A stretch of DNA of 64,000 nt from Thermoanaerobaculia bacterium. Its GTDB lineage: Bacteria > Acidobacteriota > Thermoanaerobaculia > Multivoradales > JAGPDF01. Below the pieces are notes generated by a model that saw nothing but the letters and a program-made list of their open reading frames with translations, searched no databases and was not told the DNA's origin. Location of the stretch: NCBI GenBank assembly GCA_963712855.1, contig CAVQJN010000002.1:804405-868404 (forward strand). Direction: 5' to 3'. Shown here in pieces: positions 7,799 to 14,756 of the stretch. The translations under genes were made by a program, and so were the position numbers. Numbering within the stretch: the first letter of the stretch is position 1; each line of letters opens with the position of its first letter.

Positions 7799-7980
7799 GA
7801 GTTTCTCCTGTGTGGGGGTGTTGCAGGGCAGGTCAGGCGACCTGCCCGGTGGGTGGCAGCCAATCAGGCCGAGGTGAACTTCGTGCCGTTGTCGACGCGG
7901 ATCCCAGCCCGGGAAGGTGCCACCCGATTTCCTGAATTCTCCGAATTTTGCATCCGGCTTGGCTTTGCGCCAGCCAAGTC

Positions 7981-8680
7981 CTACCGCGCCCGAGCCGGGC
8001 ACCGCGATGGCCGGGGCGACTGCGTGGCTCGCTGGGACGTCCTCGAGTTCCTGGCCCGGGTGCTCGATCACGTTCCGGACCCGGGCCAGCAGCTGCTGCG
8101 CTATTGGGGTTGGTACAGCAACGCGGCTCGCGGCCGGCGTGAGCGCGTCGAAGGCAGGGCGAGCGCTGCGCCCGCTGGCGATTCGGCCACCGATCCCGAC
8201 GAGGTCGAGAGCCGCCGGCGTCGGCTCACCTGGTCCCAGCTCATCCGCAAGGTCTACGAGCTCGACCCGCTGCTCTGCCCCTACTGCGGATCGCAGCTCG
8301 AGATCGTCGCCTTCGTGGTCGACTGGGTCTCTCTCCGGCGCCTGCTAACCCACCTGGGCTTCGCGCCCCAACAGCCGGAGCCCCTCGCCCACGCGCCGCC
8401 CCACGACGCGGAACCCCGCCGCGCTCACGCCTGATCCGCCCGGCACGCTCCGGGTTCGCTCGAGCTCTGACCCTCCTACGCGAGACGAGCCGGGCAGCGG
8501 CCGTTCCACGTCCGCTGCCCGGCTCTTCTCCCAACTGAATCTACAACCCGGCGATCAGCAGCCGTTCCGAGCCTGTCCTCGGCTAGTCCTCCCGGCTCGG
8601 TTCAACTCCAAGGCGCCCCCGCACTGCGAACTCTTGACGGGTGCTACGCTCGCGCCAGAAAGCAATTTCCTACACGGTGA
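7981..8680 (+). mobile_element. IS91-family element, partial copy B (last ~455 bp of the transposase gene plus ori-end module)
   Basis: It is near-identical to 2074-2732 of copy A, with homology starting at CTACCGCGCCCGAGCC. The truncated transposase reading frame ends at 8434. The 5' two-thirds of the gene is absent. Confidence 0.85.
8473..8680 (+). repeat. IS91-like ori-end module, copy 2 (208 bp, with hairpin)
   Basis: It starts CTCCTACGCG and ends TTTCCTACACGGTGA. It carries a perfect hairpin, GAGCCGGGCAGCGG (8487-8500) / CCGCTGCCCGGCTC (8512-8525), with an 11-nt loop. Confidence 0.9.
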
Positions 8681-9120
8681 CCGCTCGCGGAAGGTCCGGC
8701 AGTCGGCCGAGCGCGAGAGGGCCGATGACCTGCGTGACTGCCTCGTGGCGCACAAGTCCATGGTCCCCGACCGTTCGACGGGCGAATCCGACGACACGTC
8801 GGGTGACCCGGCAAATCCGGACGCCGAATCGAGCCCGGAACGGCGCAGCCGGGAAGAGCGCTGGCGGCGCGCCCAGTCCGCACTCGATCCCGAGCTTCCC
8901 GCGGATCCCGAGTCGCGGCGCTGACGGGGATCTCGCGCACGGCCCACCTCACGGGCCCTCTCGAGTGTCCGAGGGCGTCGCAGACGGACGAGTGAGACCG
9001 CGGACCCGCTTCCGGGTCGGTCCGGAGCGACACGAAGCTCCGGCCCGGAGCTGCTGCGATGATCGGCCGCCGCTCGCGCCGGCCTGGTCTCCGTGCCGCG
9101 TTTCGGGATAATCGGGCGCC

Positions 9121-11763
9121 GTGACCGATTCCAACGAGTCGGCCACCCGCGACGGCGACGTCCTCGGACGGCTGGCCGAGTGGGTGGCCGAAGGCCGGGC
9201 GGTGGACTGGGAGCGGGAGCTCGCGGCGGCGCCGGCGCTCGCCTCGCAGATCGCGAGCCTGCGCCGGCTGGCAGAGCTCGCGGGCGAGCTCGGCGAGATC
9301 CACCCGGCTGACGTGCCGCCGGGCGATCGGGCACCGGAAGCAGCGGACGACCGGGCTCCGCGGACATGGGGACACCTGCGGCTGGTCGAGGAGATCGGCT
9401 CCGGCGGCTTCGGCACCGTCTACCGCGCGTTCGATCCGGTGCTCCAGCGCGAGGTCGCGCTCAAGCTGCGCCGCGAGCGCCCGGGTGAGGCCGCGGCCGC
9501 GGCGCGCGAGTTCATCGACGAGGCGCGGCTGCTGGCCCGGGTGCGCCATCCGCACGTGCTCGGCGTCCACGGCGCCGACGTCCACGACGGGCGGGCCGGC
9601 CTGTGGGCCGACCTGCTGCGCGGCGTCACCCTGGAAGACGAGCTCGGCGGCGGTGCGCCCTTCCCGCTGGCGCGCGCGCTCGCAATCGGCGAAGCGGTCG
9701 CCGACGCGCTGACGGCGGTCCACGCCGCAGGACTCGTCCACGGCGACGTCAAGGGATCGAACGTTGCCTTGGAGCCGGGCGACCGGCCGGTGCTGATGGA
9801 CTTCGGCGCCGGCACGGACTTGCGACAGCCGCCGGCGGGCGCCGTCTTCGCGTCGCCTCTCTCGGCCGCGCCCGAGCGGCTGGCCGGCAGGCCGCTCGCG
9901 CCGCCCGCGGACGTCTACGGGCTCGGCGTGCTGCTCTTCCGGATGCTCGCGGGCGGTCGCCACCCGGTCGAGGCGCGCAACCTCTCCGAGCTGCTCTCCC
10001 GGCAACATCGGCGGGAGGCGGGCACCGAGCGCCTACCGCAGGTCGCGGCGCCGCGCGCACTGCGCCGTCTCGTTGCCCGGATGCTCGCGCCGCGGCCAGA
10101 GGCGCGTCCCACCGCGGCGGAGACAGCGGAGCGGCTACGCTGGATCGCCGCGGCTCCGGTGCGTCGCCGCCGCCGGCTGGCGGTGGCCGCGGTGATGGCG
10201 AGCCTCGCGCTGGGCACCTTCGCCGCAAGCGTCGGGCTCGTGCGGGCGCGACGGTCGGCGGCGGCGGCGGAAGCGGCACGTGCCGAGACGGCCGCGGTCA
10301 ACGACTTCCTCACCCGGGTCCTGGCTTCGCCGCGCCCCTCGCAGAGCGGGCGCCAGGTGCAGGTGGTGGACGTCCTGCGCCAAGCCGAGGAGCGCGTCGA
10401 CGCGCTGCCCGCCGGCTCGCCGATCCAAGGCCGGCTGCTGGCCGTGATCGGCACCACCTACTCCGCGCTCCAGAAGTTCTCCCGGGCCGAGCCGCTTCTC
10501 GCGCGCGCGACCTCCGTGCTGGAGACCAGCGCCGGGGCGCGCAGCCCCGCCGCGCTCGAGGCGAAGGCCGAGTGGGCCGTCGCGCTGGAACGGGACCAGA
10601 AGCTAGCGGAGGCGGCAAGACGAGCCGCCTCGGTGGTCGCCGCCGGCCGCAGCCTGCGGAACCCGGTCCCCGGGGGCGTCGTCCTGGCGCAGCTCGTCCT
10701 GGCTCGCGTGGTCGAGGACCGCGGCCACCTGCCGACCGCCGAGCGCCTGGTCCGCGTCGCGCTCGCGGCCCGCTCCGGACCCCGCTGGGCGGAGGACCGC
10801 ATGCGCCTCGAGGGAGAGCTCGATCTCAGTCGGATCCTGCTCGACGAGAACCGTCCGGGCGCGGCGGTCGGCGTTCTCCAACCGCTGATCGAACGCTTGC
10901 AGGTGACCCACGGCGAGCGCAACGGCATCGTCCTGCACGCCCTGAACAACCTGGCTGTTGCGCTCTCGACGCTCGGACGGTACGAAGAGGCGGCGGACCG
11001 GTTCCGGCAGCTCTACGAAGAGACCTCGGCCTGGCTCGGCCCGGAGGACCGCTACACGCTGTTGTGCGGGAACAACCTCGGTGCGGCGCTGCGCGACGCG
11101 GGACGTCCCGACGAGGCGGCCCAGCTCGAGGAGCGGCTGATCCCCGAGGCCGAGAAGGCCTTCGGTCCGGATACCGACATCGTCCTCAACCTCCACTTCA
11201 ATCACTGCCTGACTCTGCGCCAGGTCGGCCAGCTCGACGCTGCACGCGACTGCAACGAGAAGATCGCCGCGCGACTGGAGCGGGTGTTCGGTCCGGACCA
11301 CTGGTACACCCTGCTTCACGGCGTCAACCGGGCGGAGCTGGATCTCGAGACCGGGCGCACGCAACGGGCCTTGGCCGAGTCGCGCGACACGTGGCGCCAC
11401 GCCGCCGCGACCTTCGGCGCCGAGCATCCGCTCACGCTCGCCGCGAGCACGGTGCTGGGGGCGGCGATGGCGGCGAGTGGCGAGACCGAAGCCGGCATCG
11501 CGCGGCTGCGCAGCACACTGGCGAGCCAGCGCAAGGCGTCCGGCGCCGCCGATCAGCAGTCGCTGCTCACCGAGCTGCGACTCTCCCGCGCCCTGCGCGC
11601 CGCCGGCAGCTCCCAGGAGGCGGCGGCGCTCGCCCGCGAGGCGCTCGACCTGGCGATCCCGGCGCTCGGCCCGCAGCACCCCCTGGTCGCCGACTTGCGC
11701 CGCGAGGTCGCTCACTCCGCGCCGGCGCCGGACGGCGCCGACCCGGGGATAGGCTCGCGCTGA
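9121..11763 (+). CDS. Ser/Thr protein kinase with a C-terminal TPR-like region (non-RD: HGD catalytic loop)
   Basis: It carries a Gly-rich loop (IGSGGFGTVY), VALK, the catalytic loop LVHGDVKGSNV and MDFGAG. One TM segment (LAVAAVMASLALGTFAA) is followed by about 480 aa of helical repeats. The start is a GTG at 9121. Confidence 0.85.
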   Translation: MTDSNESATRDGDVLGRLAEWVAEGRAVDWERELAAAPALASQIASLRRLAELAGELGEIHPADVPPGDRAPEAADDRAPRTWGHLRLVEEIGSGGFGTVYRAFDPVLQREVALKLRRERPGEAAAAAREFIDEARLLARVRHPHVLGVHGADVHDGRAGLWADLLRGVTLEDELGGGAPFPLARALAIGEAVADALTAVHAAGLVHGDVKGSNVALEPGDRPVLMDFGAGTDLRQPPAGAVFASPLSAAPERLAGRPLAPPADVYGLGVLLFRMLAGGRHPVEARNLSELLSRQHRREAGTERLPQVAAPRALRRLVARMLAPRPEARPTAAETAERLRWIAAAPVRRRRRLAVAAVMASLALGTFAASVGLVRARRSAAAAEAARAETAAVNDFLTRVLASPRPSQSGRQVQVVDVLRQAEERVDALPAGSPIQGRLLAVIGTTYSALQKFSRAEPLLARATSVLETSAGARSPAALEAKAEWAVALERDQKLAEAARRAASVVAAGRSLRNPVPGGVVLAQLVLARVVEDRGHLPTAERLVRVALAARSGPRWAEDRMRLEGELDLSRILLDENRPGAAVGVLQPLIERLQVTHGERNGIVLHALNNLAVALSTLGRYEEAADRFRQLYEETSAWLGPEDRYTLLCGNNLGAALRDAGRPDEAAQLEERLIPEAEKAFGPDTDIVLNLHFNHCLTLRQVGQLDAARDCNEKIAARLERVFGPDHWYTLLHGVNRAELDLETGRTQRALAESRDTWRHAAATFGAEHPLTLAASTVLGAAMAASGETEAGIARLRSTLASQRKASGAADQQSLLTELRLSRALRAAGSSQEAAALAREALDLAIPALGPQHPLVADLRREVAHSAPAPDGADPGIGSR

Positions 11764-11768
11764 ACCCG

Positions 11769-12332
11769 ATGCCGGAACCCTCGCTGACCTCCACCGCGAC
11801 CCTCGTCCGGCGGTTGCAGTCCGGGGACGACGGAGCGCGCGACGAGCTGGTCGAGCGCTGCCTGCCGCTGCTGCGGCGCTGGGCGCACGGCCGGCTGCCC
11901 GGCTACGCGCGCGATCTCGCGGACACCGACGACCTGGTCCAGATCACCTTGCTGCGCACGCTGAAGCGGCTGCCCTCGATGGCGACGGGCGAGAGCGGCT
12001 CGTTTCTCGCCTACATGCGCCAGGTGCTGCTCAACGAAGTCCGCGACGAGCTGCGTCGCCGCGTGCGTCGGCCCCGGATCGAGCCGCTGCCGGAGGAGGA
12101 CTCCGCGGCACCCCAGCCGCTGGCGACGGCGCGCGACCCGATCGTCTTCGCCGACTACGAGCGGGCGCTGGGGGCCATCACCCCGGCGCAGCGCGACGCC
12201 GTGGTCCTGCGTTTCGAGTTCGGCATGACCTTCCCCGAGATCGCGCTCGAGCTCGGCTTGGCTTCGGCCGCAGCGGCCCGCATGCGCGTCGCCCGCGGCC
12301 TGGCCGACATGGCGCGCGCCCTGGCCGGATAG
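11769..12332 (+). CDS. ECF-type RNA polymerase sigma-70 family factor
   Basis: The ATG at 11769 lies 5 nt after the kinase stop. Region 2-like (DDLVQITLLRTLKRL) and region 4 HTH (VLRFEFGMTFPEIALELGLASAAAARMRVARG) segments are present. It is read from the tail of the long ORF 9603..12332. Confidence 0.8.
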   Translation: MPEPSLTSTATLVRRLQSGDDGARDELVERCLPLLRRWAHGRLPGYARDLADTDDLVQITLLRTLKRLPSMATGESGSFLAYMRQVLLNEVRDELRRRVRRPRIEPLPEEDSAAPQPLATARDPIVFADYERALGAITPAQRDAVVLRFEFGMTFPEIALELGLASAAAARMRVARGLADMARALAG

Positions 12333-12488
12333 CGGGCAGGAAGCCGCCCGCGTTCGGTTCTCCGCCCCTCCGTCGTGCTAGAGGGTGAAGACGGCGGGAA
12401 AGGGGGCCGGGAGATGGCCGGGAAGAGGGAATTCGTGCAGAAAGGCGAGCCGGGCACGGGCCGGGAGGAGCCCGGGGCGGACGGAGTC

Positions 12489-14138
12489 ATGGAACGCGAG
12501 GAGAAGCGGGACGGGGTGCGCAGGCGAGAGGTCGCCTCGAGCTCCCGGGTCCCGGAGCGCCGCGGCATCTTCGATCTGCGCCGGATCCTGCTCATCCTTC
12601 CCGTTGTGGCCCTGATTCTCGCGGCGGCTCCGGCCCGCTGCCAGGTCTGGGCGGTGGGCAACTACTTCTGGCAGGACTCTGGCGCGACGGCGTCCGACTT
12701 CCTCGGCTCGGCAGTGGCGGTGGGCGACTTCGACGGGGACGGGCGCCGCGACGACTTCGTCTGGGGCGAGCCCGGCGGCGACGACAGCGGTCTGGTCGCG
12801 GCGGGAATCGTCTGGGTCGGCCTGGGCGACGGGAGCCGCCACGTTCCCGCGTTGGTCGAGCTCGCCGACGAGCAGGCGGGGGCGCATTTCGGGCAGGCGC
12901 TGGCCGTGGGCGACTTCGACGGTGACGGCGCGGACGACATCGCCGTCGGCGCCCCTTACGAGGACGTGACCTACAGCGGCCAGAGCCGGCACGACGCGGG
13001 TGCCGTTCAGGTCTTCCACGTGGTGGGAGCGAGCGTGCTCCCGGAGCAGGTTCTCTCGCAGGCCGACGTCCCCTCGCTGAGCGTCCCCGAGGCCGACGAC
13101 CACTTCGGCTGGGCGCTCGCCGCGGGCAACTTCAACGGCGACTCCTACGACGACCTCGCCGTCGGCGTCCCCGACGAGGGCGTCGCCGGCGCCGAGGACG
13201 GCGGCATCGTCGAGGTCTTCTACGGCAGCAGCACCGGGTTGCGCCTGGACAACGCCGACGTCTACTACTTCTCTCCGCCGGCCGCTGGTGATCGCTACGG
13301 GTTCTCGCTCGCGTCCGGAGATTTCGATGACGACGGCAACGACGATCTGGCCGTCGGGATCCCGTTGAGGACCGTGTCTGGATCCGTCCAAGACGGCGAG
13401 GTGATGGTCTACGACGGGTCGGGCACCGGCCTCGTGCACTCGCCCGCGCACCTGATGTGGGAGGCGCTGTTCGGGCCGCCGAGTGAGGCGGGGGAGCAGT
13501 TCGGCTTCGCGCTCGCCGCCGGCCGGTTGAACGAGACGGTCCTCTCCTGCTTCTCGAGCTGCTACGACGACCTCGTGATCGGAGCGCCCTTCCGCACGGT
13601 GGACGGACAAGCCCAGGCCGGCGAGGTGCTCGTGGCCTACGGCTCGCCCGCGGGCCCGCTGACAGCAAACGGCGCGGTGCTCACCCAGGCGGACGCCGGC
13701 GCGACGCCCGGGGCGAACGATCTCTTCGGCGATTCGCTCGCCGTCGGCGACCTCGACCGCCCCGACAATTTCCTCTACGACATCGAGGACTTGACCGTGG
13801 GCGCGCCCGGCGAGAGCTACGGCGGCATCGCCTCCGCCGGCGAGGTCGAGATCTTCTTCGGCGCGTTCACCGGCCTGGGCGCCGGCGGGGCAACCCAGAG
13901 GATCGGTCCGTCGCAGGCGCTGCAGGTTGCGCCGCCGCTCGACTACGACTTCTTCGGTCTCGGGCTCGCCATCGGCGACCTCGACGGCGACGGTTGGGGC
14001 GACCTGATCGCCGGCGTTCCGGGCCGCGACGATGGCGCGATCCCCGACGTCGGAGGCGTGGAGGTCCTCTACGGCGCCCTGTTCGCGGACGGCTTCGGCG
14101 CGGGAGACACCAACTCCTGGCCGGTCGTGAATCCGTAA
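12489..14138 (+). CDS. FG-GAP/integrin-alpha-like repeat protein, secreted
   Basis: Repeated GDFDGDG / GDFDDDGNDDLAVG / GDLDGDGWGDL motifs follow FG-like segments. A hydrophobic signal-like segment is LLILPVVALILAAAPA. The start is uncertain; the ORF opens at 12375, with ATGs at 12414 and 12489. Confidence 0.75.
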   Translation: MEREEKRDGVRRREVASSSRVPERRGIFDLRRILLILPVVALILAAAPARCQVWAVGNYFWQDSGATASDFLGSAVAVGDFDGDGRRDDFVWGEPGGDDSGLVAAGIVWVGLGDGSRHVPALVELADEQAGAHFGQALAVGDFDGDGADDIAVGAPYEDVTYSGQSRHDAGAVQVFHVVGASVLPEQVLSQADVPSLSVPEADDHFGWALAAGNFNGDSYDDLAVGVPDEGVAGAEDGGIVEVFYGSSTGLRLDNADVYYFSPPAAGDRYGFSLASGDFDDDGNDDLAVGIPLRTVSGSVQDGEVMVYDGSGTGLVHSPAHLMWEALFGPPSEAGEQFGFALAAGRLNETVLSCFSSCYDDLVIGAPFRTVDGQAQAGEVLVAYGSPAGPLTANGAVLTQADAGATPGANDLFGDSLAVGDLDRPDNFLYDIEDLTVGAPGESYGGIASAGEVEIFFGAFTGLGAGGATQRIGPSQALQVAPPLDYDFFGLGLAIGDLDGDGWGDLIAGVPGRDDGAIPDVGGVEVLYGALFADGFGAGDTNSWPVVNP

Positions 14139-14232
14139 AGGCGGGGCAGTCGTCAGGGGACGGCTTCGAGCGCCGCGGCGAGCGTTGCGAGCCGGCGCGG
14201 GACCGCGGCGACCGTGTCGGCGTCGCGCAGGT

Positions 14233-14440
14233 CTCCTACGCGAGACGAGCCGGGCAGCGGCCGTTCCACGTCCGCTGCCCGGCTCTTCTCCCAACTGAAT
14301 CTACAACCCGGCGATCAGCAGCCGTTCCGAGCCTGTCCTCGGCTAGTCCTCCCGGCTCGGTTCAACTCCAAGACGCCCCCGCACTGCGAACTCTTGACGG
14401 GTGCTACGCTCGCGCCAGAAAGCAATTTCCTACACGGTGA
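14233..14440 (+). repeat. IS91-like ori-end module, copy 3 (solo, 208 bp, no transposase sequence attached)
   Basis: It matches 8473-8680 almost base for base, including the hairpin (14247-14260 / 14272-14285). The sequence left of 14233 is unrelated to the IS. Confidence 0.9.
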
Positions 14441-14634
14441 CCGCTCGCCTTGCCGAAGGCGGCGTCGATCGCGGGCGTCGTCGGCAGCTTCGAGCCGTCG
14501 AGGCCGACGTGGTCGTAGCGCAGGCAGTCGACGAGCAGCACGAGCACGCCATGGGGTGGCTTGGGCCGAGCTGGGGAGCAGGCTCCCGCGAGGAGCGCGA
14601 GGCCGCAGACAAGAGCGAAGGCGGAATTTTTCAT
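14441..14634 (-). pseudogene. N-terminal fragment of a sulfatase/alkaline-phosphatase-superfamily lipoprotein, truncated at the repeat edge
   Basis: MKNSAFALVCGLALLAGAC (a lipobox-like signal) is followed by GVLVLLVDCLRYDHVGLDGSKLPTTPAIDAAFGKA, the typical sulfatase N-terminus. The reading frame then runs into the module (SGHRVGNCFLARA) and stops. The rest of the gene is missing. Confidence 0.6.
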
Positions 14635-14756
14635 GGGTCCTGAGGGGGCGGCTCGAGACACGGGTAACCGTCGCGCGGCCGACGAGCAGGCAGCGTACCG
14701 CAGCCTGCCGGGATCGCCAAGAGGTGCGCCGACGCGGGATAGACTCCGACGCTGCG

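Noticed and set aside
7864-7975. Short minus-strand reading ...[24 protein letters not shown], suggestive of an rve (DDE integrase core) fragment at the right edge of the cargo.
   Set aside because: Only about 12 residues resemble the DNG(x)EF region. That is too short to call by eye, so it is mentioned only as supporting context for the cargo finding.
8625-8665. TTGACG hexamer inside the ori-end module (also present in copies 1, 3 and 4), considered as an outward-reading -35 box driving flanking genes.
   Set aside because: No acceptable -10 lies at 16-19 nt. TACGCT is only 5 nt away, and AGAAAG at 17 nt is poor. There is no support without transcript data.
8634-8924. A 96-aa ORF with high GC3 immediately right of IS91 copy B, possibly the 3' part of a gene truncated by the element.
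   Set aside because: It has no recognisable motif, a highly charged low-complexity sequence, and a start that lies inside the repeat. A similarity search would be needed.
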